This document shows, piece after piece, positions 26,589-43,248 of a DNA stretch of 64,000 nt. The position numbers were made by a program, and so were the translations under genes. The number at the start of each line of letters is the position of its first letter. Within the stretch, counting starts at the first letter, position 1. Origin of the DNA: Ancylonema sp. Taxonomy: Eukaryota. The stretch lies in NCBI GenBank assembly GCA_050230475.1, contig JBFLGF010000134.1, positions 1 through 64,000 of the forward strand, read 5' to 3'. The notes beneath the pieces are model-generated. The model saw nothing but the letters and a program-made list of their open reading frames with translations, did not search any database and was not told the DNA's origin.

Positions 26589-28426
26589 TTGATCCTCTCA
26601 AGTGGGTTCTTCTTGGGAGAGTAGGGCGGTGGAGGTAGTGAGTACCCGCGCAAAACATCATCCCTGGACTGAAATATTTATTCTAGCAATGTAGCTCTAT
26701 GCAAAGGTTGAGTGATCATAGTGTCATACTGTCTCAGATATCGCTCCGGGATCATACCAGCAGGTTGTGTTCCTATTACGGGAGGCAATGATCCGTTAAA
26801 GGAATGGCATGCGTCATCAATCTCTCCTTCTGCAATATATATTTGGTTCTCTGAAGTTACTCTTGTTTTTTTATTTTCTGAATGTCATTTGTTTTCAACA
26901 CTAAGTGAATGTCATAACGTCGTAGGTAGAATGTCTACGCTATGTCATGATTTGCAATGGTCAAATTTTCAAAATTTTAAATTCTTGTATACTGTCTTTG
27001 TTGGGAAGATCAGACTGTGAACATTTTGGCCATAAATTAGTGTTGCCCATTTTTTCGTTGTGAAACTCTTGTTGGATCTCCAAGTGGAACATCAACTTCA
27101 ATTATTATCCAAAATACCCGCACCTGGCTACCTCTCATACGACGCCATGACATCAACTACCAAATCGAGAATCGTACTTCCGTATAACATCATCGGATTT
27201 TTTCCGTAAAGTAACTTGCCAAGGCAATGATCGTCATTGATTGCCTATTACGTTGTGAGCAAGTGCTCCATTGAGCTATGGGTGTTCTTGCGACCATACA
27301 CACCACATAATATACGCGAGCCATGCAATGCAACATACAGCATTCGCACAATAGATGTACATACAACCAACCCGCTCTAAATGCACCCTTTCAAAAATAC
27401 ACACCTTATCGAAAGGCACTGTATTTTGGCCTGATTTTCTGCAAGAATCGTACCTTGTGGAGACCATGGAACATTTCCGTGAAGGCACTCTGAATTTAAG
27501 AATATGAGGGAATGTGCCTACATGCCTAACGGACGTCGTTATTCACGTGTATTGGTTCACAAGTGGGTGATTTTTTTGGTTCTTGTTAACTTTCGTCTTG
27601 AACGAACGGTGGGAAATTTGGGTGGGAAACGCGGATACATTCCGAAATTATTTTAGCACGCCTCCAAAATGCACAACGTTCTACCATTATCGAATCGATG
27701 TCCTCTTTAGGCGGTATATGGTAACAATTTCGTTGGTTCATCATGCCTAGTGTAACTATTAAATCAAAAGTTAAATAACTAGCTAGGAAAGGTATTGGCT
27801 AGATAACTAGCTAAGAAACATGCAAGTCACTCAATTTTTGAACATCACGAAAAGTTTCACCCACTACTTCGTAACAAATAAAATTACCACCACGTTTGCT
27901 TTGTGGGGGGGGGGGGGAAACCATTTTTTTTGGATCTTGTGACATTTCCGTATATCGATAAAACGAGTCACTTTTGTTTACGACGCGTGATAAGTTTATG
28001 ATAATTTTATATTATAACTTGATATTAAAGTGAACGAACATTGTGTGTGGGCATCTCGCTGAGCACATTTACGTCATATCTTCGTTGCTAAGCATGTTAA
28101 AGCAATATTTGCACCGCGTCCACCGGTTTTGCAGGTCGACGAATTTGGTATCGGTTTCGTGATTTGGTATCGTTACTCTATCTCTCACACTCGAGAGCTC
28201 ATGGATGCTCCTATGCATTCCCTCCATGCATGCACATGCCCAAGCTTGATTGTCAAATTGCCTACTCGGTGTGAAGGCACATCCTCTATATTTTTTTCAA
28301 AATATGGCAAAGCAAAAATGTGCCTATACAGCGGGTGAAGTGTACTAAATATCTACATTGCTTGTATGCAAAGTACGCCTACCGTAAATTACGGTGGAGG
28401 TATTTCGAGCAAAAGTAGAGTTTGAG

Positions 28427-28640
28427 TACCGTATTGGCCAACTTTAATACCCCACTTATTTATTTTTTGTGGCTGGGGTGGGGCAAGGAAATTCAATATT
28501 TCCGATCATGGGGTTATATGTAGGTTCGGCGATGTGCTTTATTGGGACTTGTAGGGTATTATCCTTAAAATATGCCAGCCGGGGTAATAGCAGCGGGAAG
28601 CTCAAAGAAACCTCTAAAAAAACTAAAAAAACTTGCTTAA
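28427..28640 (-). mobile_element. Partial inverted copy of the family-2 element
   Basis: TACCGTATTGGCCAACTTTAATACCCCA terminus; 28560-28615 is reverse-complement-similar to 6625-6680. Other end not found. Confidence 0.55.
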
Positions 28641-29729
28641 TCGCCATCGTTTGACGTGCTCCCCGTAGCACTTGCCGTTGATCGTACATTTTGTGCATCA
28701 ACTTTGTGAACCCTGATTCATATCCTTTCATTTGCAAATCCCACTTGCAAAATTTAATGCTATTGACCCTGAAATCCGAGCTTTCGATTGCTGAAGTTTT
28801 CAGGATTGTTTGTAGTGTTTCTTGATCGTTCTTCGTGTATTATTTCAAGACTTCGAGTACGCAAAGCTTCGAGTGTCAATCAACAGTCGGTGAGTAGAGG
28901 TACGCCGAGTCCACCGACGATTCACATATTGCGAAAGACTACCCTCTTTTGTAGTCAGCCAAGACTCAATTGACAACCCTCTTTAGTGGGACGAGATGAT
29001 GCTATCGAAGCCAATCCAGACGGTACAACTTCATCCGAAGTCATCAGCCAAGTCATCCGCCAAATACAAGTCAAGTTCATCGACTTCAAAATAATACAAA
29101 AACATGTATTTTGACATTTCGTCGATTCTCATCGATTTCTGAGTTTGCCTTATTCCATCAACAAGTCCTTTGTCGACTCCATTTGGCACGTCAAGGGAGC
29201 TGGGAAGGGTGACACGGAGGGGTGGACGTGTGGTGGTACCCGCCGGTATATGATACATAAGTTATTGCACTTTTATTAATGACAATTTTGGTGTTGGGTA
29301 TTGTATTAGAAAAATAATGTAAAATATGTCGGGCCAAATCCAATACCTGTAATGTTTAGTGCCAAACAACCACGTGCTGTCTCTCACACCCACCAAAAAA
29401 CATCACTCACACAGTGGCTCCAAGTATTACTTATATTTTGTCTTCACACTCCAAAGCGATGCAATGGTATCACATGTCCATGAAATGATAAGATTGTGAA
29501 TTACTATGCCAACTTTACAATACAATGTTATATGTAACGAGCGAACGATAGCTATTTCATTCTTCAAAATAATGAAGAAATGGGAAATGTTGTTGCGAAA
29601 CAATAACACGAGTTGTATCAAACCTAGGGTTTGTATTAAAATCATGGCAAAATATGCAAACGTTCGTTGCATTATGCATGAAGTAAAGAAAACCAACCAT
29701 GTAATCAAAATTGAACACTGACTTCAAAG

Positions 29730-30253
29730 CAAATCCCGTAAATCCCGCCCCGCTTTCCGCCCCGGGCGGGCCCGCCCACAGCGGAAAATCTTCCGCCCGG
29801 GGCGGAGCCGTTTAGGTTTTTTGGGGTTTTTCGTAAAAGAACCCCAAGACCACGTAGATCATGTACATGTTTTAAAAATTCAAACCCGACAAGTATTGAA
29901 CATTTCATAACAATAAGGACGCCTGCCATCTTTACCTGTGTAATATTCTTATGTATATCTCAAGTTTTTTTTTTAAGTCGTTTTATATAATCGCATTACA
30001 ACACGCCACGCCACGGAGTCAAACTCATGGATGACATTAGATGATGTCAGACTTGTGGCGTATGGTGCACATTGTGCAAGAAGTCGGTTTTGAACAAAAC
30101 CAACCATATCACCGCATTGCGGCATTTTTTTTTTGGGGTACTTCTGCCTATGGCCCCGCCCCGCCAATTCCGCCCCGCTGTCCGCCCAGGGCGGGTCCGC
30201 CCCGGGTGGTGCCTTGTGCGGAAAATATTTCGCCTGGGGCGGGGCCAACTATG
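29730..30253. mobile_element. hAT-type MITE with one degenerate terminus
   Basis: 8-bp TSD CTTCAAAG at 29722-29729 and 30254-30261; right end ...AACTATG, like the 1741-3076 element; GC-rich CCGCCC/GGGCGG subterminal repeats at both ends. Confidence 0.75.
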
Positions 30254-30454
30254 CTTCAAAGGCATCACAAGTCGACATCTAAAAGAACAACATGTTTTGT
30301 TTACATATAGATCATCTTACTGCCTTCCAATGATTCCATGATCTTCATCATGTGTGTTGCGTTAATGATAAAAAACGTTCTACACGCATAACATGTATCA
30401 TGACTTTGTTCCCAAAGTGGTAGAGCATAATTTGGGGGTGACTTGATTTTTTGT

Positions 30455-30656
30455 CGGGTTGCGTGTTGTTTTTTGGGATTGCGCGTTGCTTTTTGGGGTT
30501 GCGTGTTGCTTTTTGGAGTTGCGTGTTGCTTTTTGGAGTTGCGTGTTGCTACTTGGGGTTGCGTGGGGTTGGGTGGGGTTGCGTAGGGTTGCGAAAAATA
30601 CAACGACACGCAACCCAAAGGGGTCCAAAGGGGTTTGGGGTTGCGGACCATCCCTG
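30455..30656. mobile_element. Single hAT-like terminus with 20-bp subterminal repeats
   Basis: About 5 tandem GTTGCGTGTTGCTTTTTGGA units, then CCATCCCTG (reverse complement CAGGGATGG, Ac-like TIR start). Partner TIR not found. Confidence 0.5.
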
Positions 30657-30891
30657 CATAAATGTGAGGTACTTGATTCTTATGAGAATCAGACGTTTAA
30701 GGTCAAGTGGCACCCCGGAACCAAATCCACGGATCTATAAGGTGGGCAATGCACTCTTTCATTTGGCTACACGGACACGCCACAATCCCAAAGACACCAA
30801 ACTCTAAAAGTCAAAAGTTTACAACAAATTTAGAATGCCTGATCCATTCTTTGTACAAAAACCACATGATTACCGATGCCTTGCCCCCATA

Positions 30892-33778
<2,887 letters not shown>

Positions 33779-34428
33779 GGCTTCACGTGTTGACTAACCC
33801 AACTGTGGCTAGGTGAACATGTGAAGAGCCTTTCCTACTTTCTCCTGCAATGCCCATTCGCGCACTGCCAGACAGAAAACGAGAAGTAGGCGGGTCTACG
33901 CGCCAGTACAAAACTGATTTATGCAGTGCACCCGTACGTTGCACCCGTATGCAGTGCACATGACACGAAGAAGAAAATCACAGAAGGGCGTAAAACTACT
34001 CCGCTGATCCACTCTGAGGAATTCCGTGGATGTTGAACGAACACATGAACACAACGGCAGCAATCCACACTCAATGCAATGCAATTCCGAGCTCTCTCCT
34101 TGCTGTGATGTCGGCAGAAGTTACTGCTAGCGACCAAGAGTGTTTTGCCTAATGGCAAATCGCCGTCCGGTTTCTTTATGCCATTACGCCAGGATGTCTG
34201 GCGCGATTGGAACCCCACTAGCGCCGAAGGAAGGTTCCTCCCCTATCCTGAGTTTACACCAAGCACCCACTCCTACAGCAAATAGGGACGTGGTTGCCGA
34301 AGTTACCCCGACCGTTCCGATCCTGTAGTCTTGTCCAGCATTGTCCTACGAATCCTCACCAATTGAATAGGCTGCTCGCGTCGCGCAGCCGCTTCGATTT
34401 GTCTCAAGAAGGCTTTCTTTGCGTCATC

Positions 34429-37082
34429 ATGGTGTGTACAAGCTGGGGGGGGGCGACAGCAGGGCAGTGTCACTTGCCATTGCCCCTCTTTCTTCTCGTC
34501 GTCTCTCTTTATATTTTTAAACTATCCCACATGTCCAGCTCTCAGTCCTCGTCACTTGTGATCGGGGTGTAAAATGAGTAACCTGTCCTGTCAATATCAC
34601 CTCCGTTACCGGCCGCTAGAATCCAGCCCCTTTCGTACCACGATATCTCTTTTCTCCTCAGTTTTATGGTGGAGGAGGTGGTTTTCCGGGCTATCCACAA
34701 AACCGGAGCACTTTCGAGCAGAACTACCATGTTTACCCAGTCTCGTTTATAGACAAGGTAAGCCCATGTGTCACCTCCTTTTACCATCTCGGCTGTCGCT
34801 CTCTTAACCACCCTTTTCCATGCGTAATGTCCTAGCATCTGCGCGGCGGAGTCAATCAGGTCTTGTGCAGATTAGATTTGATTCTACGGTGACCTTACAG
34901 CCTCCTTTTATCATCGGTTTGAGATGTTCGCACCGCTGTCTTGTGGTATGGTGTGGAGTATCGGTTCAAGTTGCTCAAGGCATCTTTCAGCGACTGCACG
35001 CTCTGATTACTGCTTTCCATTGGTGCAGCCGCAACTGGAGAACGGGGACAAGGGTAACCTTTCCGTTCCACTCCACCTCCGCCTTATATGTTATGATTCC
35101 ACGCTTTCCTGGATGATTCTTTTACAAAAGGACCAGAAAGAGATCCTTCATACAAACTGTCCTTCAGATGCTCTCATTTGATGAAACGGGCCCCATCCCG
35201 TTTCCTCCCATCTCTTTCCTCATTACTCTCTGTTCACACCTGCCCGGTTTTCCTGCCACCCTTCTGTAACCCTCCCTACACAAAGCCCCTCTGATGGTCA
35301 GATGCCCTCAATCAGTGTCTATCGTTTTGATGGTTCTGATCGGTGAGACTGTGTGGCGGGTCCACCTCTCTTCCCCCTCCTCTCTCTCCCTCTCTGTGCG
35401 CAGTCATCATGCCCCCATCGGCACTCGACCGTTTGGGTACGCTTCTCCCCCCCCACTCCTTCCCCCACAAACATATCACCCACAAAATATTCCCTCCCCC
35501 CCCCCCCCCCCACCTGGCTTCCATCCCCCCAGCCCTCCTTCAAATCGACTACCCCATGCTCTTCGAGGTGAGCAACCCCGCGGCGGACCGCAAGTCCCAC
35601 TGTGGAGTGCTGGAGTTCATCGCCGACGAGGGCATCATCTACATGCCCTACTGGGTACTACCACTGCCACCTGTCACCTGCCATCTGTCGCCTGCCAGCT
35701 GGCATCCGGTGGCCACCCCCCCCAGCCTCCTTTGCGTTGTTTTGTGTGCAGATGATGCAGAACCTTTTGTTGGAGGAGGGGGATCTCGTCCGCCTCAAGT
35801 CCACCTCTCTGCCCAAGGGGAGCTTCGTGAAGCTGCAGCCGCACACCAAAGACTTCCTGGACATCTCCAACCCCAAAGCCGTGTACGCCCCCCACCTGGC
35901 ACCACCGCCACCTGGCACCTGCCACCGCCACCTGGCAATCCACTCCCTTGCGTACCATCCTGAATCGTGTGCCACCTGTGCCGCCTGCGTGTGGGGTCCC
36001 CAGGCTGGAGACCACTTTGCGCAACTTCTCTTGCCTCACTGTGGGCGACAACATCATGGTGGCGTACAACAGCCGCAAGTACTACATTGACATTATCGAG
36101 GCCAAGCCCGCAAACGCCATCACCATCATCGAGACGGACTGCGAGGTGGACTTTGCGCCGCCGCTGGACTACGTGGAGCCGGAGAGGGTGCCGACCCGCC
36201 CCGCCGCCACCGTCGCCCAACCTGCGGCAGGAGCTGCTGCTGCTGCTGCTGCGGCGACACCTCCAGGTGATTGCAACAGAGGAGGGGTAGTGGGGTGGAA
36301 AGGGGGATGGTTGGGCATATGGCCGCAGAAGTGAGTGGGGTCTGCTCCAGAAGTGAGAGGGTGGGAACGACAATGAGGCAGGGAGGAAGTGAGGTTGGTG
36401 GAATGGGAAGGTGACAGAGTCAAGCGGTTGGTTCTTCCCTCACGGTCGGTTCCCCGCGCCCGTTGTGCAGAGGTCCCTGAAGAGCCCCGCTTCCAAGCTT
36501 TTGTGGGAACCGGGCGGCGGCTGGATGGAAAGCCTGCCAAGCCCATTCCCGCCTCTTCCACTCCCTCCTCCTCTGCTGCCCCTGTTGGTAACGCCACAGA
36601 TTCACGATCCGCGTCCGGCAGCTCCACCCCAGCTGCTGCTGCGGCAGCAGCTGCGGGAGCGAGAGGTGCAAGCAGTGGGGGGAAGACAGCTGGCAAGTTG
36701 GTGTTTGGAGGAGGCGGCACAGGAGGACCTGGAGGGGGGCCTGCCGCTGCTCCAGCAGGGGCTGCGAATGGAGGCGCTAAGGTATGGAGGGAATGTCCAT
36801 GTGAGGATACTATTCACACCACCATGTTTTTTTTTTTTGGGAGAGAACGTAGGCAAGACTTGTATCGCTGCTACCCTTGCTTCCCTTCCCTTCTGTGTTT
36901 GTTCTGTACCTTTGAGTGAGGGGCCAAGGCTTGATGTTTTGAAAACTGACCGATTTCTTGAGTTGGTCTCTCAGGGTGTGGCTAGTGAGGCGGCGAAAAA
37001 GGAGAAAGAAAAGGAGAAGGAGAAAGAAAAGGAAGACAAGTTTTCTGCTTTCAGTGGAAAGAAGTATTCACTTATGGACTAG
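34429..37082 (+). CDS. UFD1: Ubiquitin fusion degradation protein 1 (ERAD, Cdc48 cofactor)
   Basis: Exons 34429-34431 (ATG only, inferred), 34662-34757, 35029-35053, 35404-35436, 35533-35654, 35752-35882, 36004-36266, 36471-36781, 36975-37082; motifs [56 protein letters not shown]. Confidence 0.97.
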
Positions 37083-37588
37083 GGGTTAGGTGCTTTTGGC
37101 TGAGCTGCGGAAGTGCGATCAGTGGGAGCGTCAGTGTACTCCTCTGACAAGAGTCAGAGAGCGGCAGTGCCTACTTGTACATTTATCATATGGAGTCACA
37201 CTAGATCAGGCTTTTGTATAAAGTGACGTAACTTTGACAACTTACCAAAAACACTTCAGATTAAAAAAAGTAAGAGACTCACGTTTATGTTATGTTTATG
37301 TTTCCGAACTCGCGCAGCAGCAAAAGCTTTAGCCATCCTGTCTGTTAAAACAATAGTCGATGATCAAGACAATTTAGGACATGGCTGAGCCCATTCATGG
37401 GAGATACCCAATCCGGCGGTGATCCGGGTCCCACGCGAGTTGGATCCAATTCGAATCAGATGTGCTCATCGCAGGAGTAATTGATAGAAATATAAACTTC
37501 AGATGTACCAAATGGGGCGATAACCAAACAAATAAGTGTTTTCTATTCCATTGAGTTTCCCTCCTTGTTGGGCCCAATCCGATCGGGG

Positions 37589-37830
37589 TACCATAGTGGC
37601 CATACATAATGACCCTGGTTTTTTACAACGAATTAATTTAGCCAAGAAACCACCATCTGACCCAACCCGCGCACCGAAAGTGAAATTTCCCAAAATCCTG
37701 AAAATTATTTATTATTGGTGACCCACATTATAGAATGACCCATTTTTCAAAAAAAAATGAACTAATTAATTTGACCCGACCCACCCTTTTCATAATGATT
37801 TAAGGGTCATTATGTGTGGCCAGTACAGTA
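37589..37830 (+). mobile_element. Family-1 MITE, copy 2
   Basis: Same TIRs and internal sequence as 3604-3841; TA flanks. Confidence 0.9.
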
Positions 37831-38737
37831 TCTCCAACCTACCTCCGATCTGGATCAGCCATCCGGGGGGACCAGGCCCAACTATAGTTTAAGAAACATT
37901 CTAAGAAGGGACCGTTACAAGCACAGTTCAGGAAGGGACGCATCTAAAGTACATACCTAAATGTCTAGATTAGGTGCCTTGATCGCATGGTTGATTGTGT
38001 TTTAACTAGATTATTGCATCTAGTGTATAATTAAGTGGCTGCGTCAACTACTACTACTGAATAGCATCAAATAAACACCAGACCTATCTTTGTCTTGTTT
38101 ATGCTCACAATATACTGGGATCAGCAAATGTGCAAATCTCAAATTTTCAAAAGGGGTTGATACGGAATATGCTTTTTGACAAAGACGAACATCATAGACT
38201 AAAATTTCTAGGTATGTGCCACAGCCGACGGGGCTAATGTTCGTTTAGATGTTCACATCGCACCTCCCACTGATCGATCAAACTCAGGGTACATAACCAC
38301 AAGTGTATTTAATTGCAATCTCCACTTGATAAGCAGATCATTGTCGTAAGCAACATCACCACCTGCAGAGAACATAAAACACACAAATACCGAGATCAGG
38401 TTTCTTGGCGATTTCCCATTTATTTTGTACTTCCATATTCGCCCGGAGTTGGGTGTGAGCTGCCACAGGATCAGAAGCAAGGAGTGGACATCATCCATCG
38501 CATGTCACTAGTGAAAGAAGTGCAAGTCTGCCGAGGGAATCGTTTTCTTGCGTTTGAACTGAAAATCAACGGTCCTTTCCATTCTTCTCTTACCAGTGCC
38601 TTCCAGGGCTAATCTTCATGGTCAACAGGGCAGGTGCTCCACGTTCCTGGCTAGAAGTTTCCTCCGGTAACCTCAACCTCTTCTCAGAAAGGCTCACGTA
38701 TCGGGGAGACATTTTTTTTTTTCAAAATCTTCCTCCT

Positions 38738-39259
38738 TCAGCTGGCCAGCTTGAAATCGTCAATAAACAGACCGTACGTATAACCCATCTTGAAAACATT
38801 CAGGAGGGAAAGCCAGAACGACGGATTCTTGCTGGTATGGTAAAACCGGGTGACGTATTCCGCACCCAATACAGAGAGCGCCGCAGCCACAACATCATTC
38901 ACGCCGAGTGCTCCAAACGAGAGAGAAATGGTCTGAGCGACATAGAATCCCCCTAACAAAGCGATCCCGCCAAACAATGCCCGGCGAGAGGGGCTGGTGA
39001 AGTAAAGGTCTATGCGGGCTGGGACCGAGGTGACTACGTCAGAAAATCGGATTCGACGCTCGTTCGGAAGAAGTGAGCGGACCACTGAACGCTTGCGTGA
39101 AGAGGACACACGAGCCATCCTACTAGCTGTCATCGAGGCGAAGCAGCGATTCTCTGAGACAACATACGAGCAAGGAGTTTGGAGCTGCGCTTGCAAAACA
39201 CATGTGCTCCTATTGGAAATGTATGGCTGTATGTAACGAAAAGATTTGGAGATAGCCAT
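38738..39259 (-). CDS. Ycf20-like (DUF565) plastid protein, NPQ6-type
   Basis: Intronless ORF ending RRALFGGIALLGGFYVAQTISLSFGALGVND...FKMGYTYGLFIDDFKLAS; S/R-rich transit-peptide-like N-terminus from ATG 39259. True start uncertain. Confidence 0.88.
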   Translation of the reverse strand: MAISKSFRYIQPYISNRSTCVLQAQLQTPCSYVVSENRCFASMTASRMARVSSSRKRSVVRSLLPNERRIRFSDVVTSVPARIDLYFTSPSRRALFGGIALLGGFYVAQTISLSFGALGVNDVVAAALSVLGAEYVTRFYHTSKNPSFWLSLLNVFKMGYTYGLFIDDFKLAS

Positions 39260-39815
39260 TAAATCTGGTGACAGCAATGGCTATCAATGGAGGAATCTGA
39301 TTGCATATATGCAAATCCAGAGCTGCCACCTTTATCCGCATCGCATAGTTGAAGATCACGATAGAAAGCCGAAGTTGCTACGCGTACGGGGGCATAATTC
39401 TTGAAATTGGTACAACAATACGACAACAACGACGACGACGACTGCAGGGAAACGTGGTCTGTATTTAGTGGAGCTGTAGCTGCCATTCCTTTCAGCGAAC
39501 TTCAGTTGAAATCAAATATTTTCGCGCGGGACAGGTCGCGAGCTCAGGGTTCAGGTCAATAACGTCTTCCGTGCCGATTCGAGGCGTTTCCCACGTTTTC
39601 GGAGGTCAGGCATTCTTCGTTCTCCACGTGTTTTGATTTCGGTGGTACACGCAGAATAAAACTGCAGAGCCCTAGTTACGACACGTCTAGAAGGAAGTCG
39701 GGTCGAGATCCCAGGAGTGTCAGATAACAGGACACCCGCAACTGCCTTTTCAAATATCTAGGTGCAGAAGATTTCATCACACGTAGCAGATAAATCATCG
39801 CTCTGTACGTTGATA

Positions 39816-41593
39816 ATGGCCTCCATTCTCTCTGCGGCTTCTTCGGGATCGGCAACTGGCCTTGCCACGACGCCCGCGGCGGTGGCATCTCCATTCAAGG
39901 ATGTATCGTCTAAATCTGCGCTGTCTTTTGCAAAGCAGTCTCGTTTCACAACCTCATCTCTGTCACTTAAAAGTTATGCTGCTCCGTTTTCAAATCAATT
40001 GACACCCCGAAAAGTTGTGGTCAACTCGCCCGACGGAGAGACATTTGCAAGCGACTACGAGGATGAGTTCACGCCTGACGTGGGTGTCAGTGACGTCAGC
40101 GAAGATCTAGACCTAGAAGGTGATACCTCTGTTAGTGACGCCTTCAAGGAGGCCGTGAAGGAAGCCAAGGAGGCAGGGTCAGGCACTGCGGATTTAAAAA
40201 GAGGCCTCATCGATGCCCTGTATGGCACCTTCCGGGGATTGAAGGTCAGCTCTGAGACACGGGCTGAGATAGCGGAGCTGATAACGCAGCTGGAGGCAGC
40301 GAATCCAACGACTGCACCTACGGAAGCTGCTGATAAACTTAACGGGAAATGGGTGCTGGCGTGAGTTTGCCAACCTGTCACTCTCGGAGCGACGTCTAAC
40401 CTGCACAATGTATTAGAAATCAGGCCGAATCCATTTTGAAGCAGGTCTTTTATTTGAATTTCAGAATAAGATTCGATTCATCATGAACAATACTGTCGGA
40501 CTTTTGGAGCTGATTGGTGGCACTACGGAGCAGTCGGAGTCCTGTGTAGTCGCCAAATTCGGTGGCTGAACATTCCAATCGTGTTGCTTGATTAGTCCCG
40601 TCTCGACCTGCATTTTACAGATACACCTCCGTCTCGGAGCTCTATCCAATTTTGGCTGCCGGCAACCTTCCTTTTGTGAAGGTGGGTGAGATCAGTCAGA
40701 CGATCAACACCACTTCACAGCTTCTTTCCAATTCCGTCACGTTTGAGGGTCCCGTCTCCACTTCCACTTTTCTGGCAGAAGCTAGCTTCGAAGTTCGCAG
40801 TCCTATGAGGCTTCAGGTACCTTTTCTGATTCCATTCGCTCAGTTATCGGTTCCCAAACCCAACATGGATGCGGATGGTGGCAATCTATCCCCCAATGTT
40901 GTCAAGCAGTCTCTGGACATCAATTAGTTGTGCATGTCTGAAGACTGGACCCTCCAGGAAGTCTGAACTATTTTGCATTTACGGTGCATCTACAGGAGGT
41001 CACGCATTCGATCTGAATGGTGAGACAGAAGCAAAAATATGTCACTGAAACAATGGACCTGATGAGAAGTGGAGCCGTTGCATGTTTTGTTTCCATTTGT
41101 AATGATCCAGTCTTGACATTGGGTATCAGGCATCTGTCACAAGACCCATCCACGCTTTCACCACCTTGACCTACATAGTTGTGGGACAGTGACGAAGTGA
41201 AAGTCATGAAAGCTCGGCCAACAGACTTGCTTTGCATGCCGCCTGATTTCACGACTATCTCTCGATTATGTGCAGATCAAATTTGAGGAAGGTGTGATCG
41301 GTTCTCCCGAGGTGGTCTCTGCAAATGTGCCTCCTAGTGTGGACGTTATGGGTCAGAGAGTGGACCTCACTCAATTGGAACCACTTTTGAGACCTCTGCA
41401 GAATGTCGCATCTTCAATCGTGCAGTTCCGTTCTGGCCAGCCGCCTCTCAAATTCAAGCTGCCAGGGGGTGAGAGAAGCACTTCCTGGCTGCTGACCACA
41501 TACTTGGACGACGATTTGAGAATTTCACGAGGCGATGGGGGGGGGTTGTTTGTGCTCTTGAAGGCTGAGAGCCCCCTGGGAATGTACTTGTAA
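39816..41593 (+). CDS. Plastid lipid-associated protein / fibrillin (PAP_fibrillin, FBN1-like)
   Basis: Exons 39816-40360, 40621-40816, 41276-41593; motifs [58 protein letters not shown]; Ser/Ala-rich transit peptide. Confidence 0.96.
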
Positions 41594-42300
41594 GGCAAGG
41601 CACTCTCCAGTTGTTGGGTAAATGTGCAGATCTGGATGTTTGGATTCGAATGTATAGATGTTTTGTTTTGGAATTGTCAATTTTGGAAATAGATAGCCAG
41701 GTATGATGTTGAAATGAGTTGTCAGTTTAATCAGAGGGCCACTTTGGGGTGGTGGGAAATAATGATGTCTGGTTGGATAGGTTGATTGGCAAGTACAAAA
41801 GAGATAACATGAATAACATGTTCAACTTGTAGCTTCGAGTTTGAATAGAAATAGTTAGGGCGTGGAGCCTGCGATGGCTTGCACAACCTCAATGTGCGCT
41901 TTTTTTTTTCATGGGATTGGGATTGTTATGTGATGAATATTAATGTGTGTGAAGGTATCACGGCTATTGTACTGGCCTGAAGTAACGACTCGGAAGTAAT
42001 TTCGAAAATGGTGGGTCATTTACAGATCAGTTGGTGATAGGGTGGGTCCTTCAAGTGTAGGTCATCATATAATAGAAGAAGTTCAGGAAGTCGAGAAATT
42101 CTCTTTTGGGTGCGCGGGTGGGTCAGCTGTTGGGTCGATAATTAATTGAGTGTCTTTCTTACCGTGGTCGTTGTCTCTGGCAAGTATGGTATGCGACTTC
42201 GAGTGTTGTTCAGTCGAATATGTAGTCGTCCGAAAGTGATTTGTGGGAAGTTTTTTCTCCACATCATCCATTACACTGCTCGATGAGCTATTTTTACATG

Positions 42301-42780
42301 TACCGAACTGGCCACACATAATGACCCTTCAATAATTATGAAAAGGGTGGGTCGGGTCAAATTAAATAATTCGATTAAAAAAAAAAAGGGTCATTCTATA
42401 ATGTGAGTCATCATACCGTATTGGCCACACATAATGACCCGCAAATAATTATGAGAAGGGTGGGTCGGGTCAAATTAAATAATTCGTTTTTTCAAAGAAG
42501 TGGGTCATTCTACAATGTGGGTCACCAGATAATAAATAAGTTTCAGGATTTTTAGAAATTTTATATTGGGTGCGCGGGTTGGGTAAAGTTGTGGTTTCTT
42601 AATTAATTCAATTCGTTTTCTAAAACCCGGGTCATTATGTATGGCCACTACGGTATATTAAATATTTTTCAGGATTTTGGGAAATTTTCTATTGGGTGCG
42701 CTTGTTGGGTCAAGTGGTGGTTTTTTAGCTAAATTAATTCGTTTTAAAAAACCGGGTCATTATGTATGGCCACTACAGTA
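42301..42780 (-). mobile_element. Family-1 MITE copy 3, containing nested copy 4 (42414-42655)
   Basis: Two left TIRs (42301, 42414) then two right TIRs (ending 42655, 42780); the outer copy resumes after the inner one at a TA. Confidence 0.9.
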
Positions 42781-43248
42781 GGCAGACACACATAGAAACT
42801 TCCACAACTGGTCTTGCTCCCCGATCCGGGTCGGCACCAGTTGCAACCCGACCCGGCTTGGCGATCTATTCATTTTTGGGGTTCTTGAGCCGCAATAGGC
42901 GCATGTGTGTATATGTCTCTAATGATTTTCATCGAATTTTGGACGTCTCCGATTATTGGCGCCAGATTGGGGAAAGACTAGCACAAGATCAGAAATTCCC
43001 CAATCGGATCTGGACCTACTCTAGACAATTTATTGCATATGGTAAAATCTGTGGCAAAAGATCTGTGGGCGCATATGTGCAGGCCAAATGCACGGTTGAT
43101 GAAATATTTGTATGAATAAATCCATTTTTTTATTTTTTTTGTAGGTTTTGTTGGTGTTCTTGAGAGTACGGTGGTTATCCCAAGGGGTCCATCCGGTCCT
43201 AACATATTGGACTAAATTACTATCTGATGTGATGCGATCATACATGGG

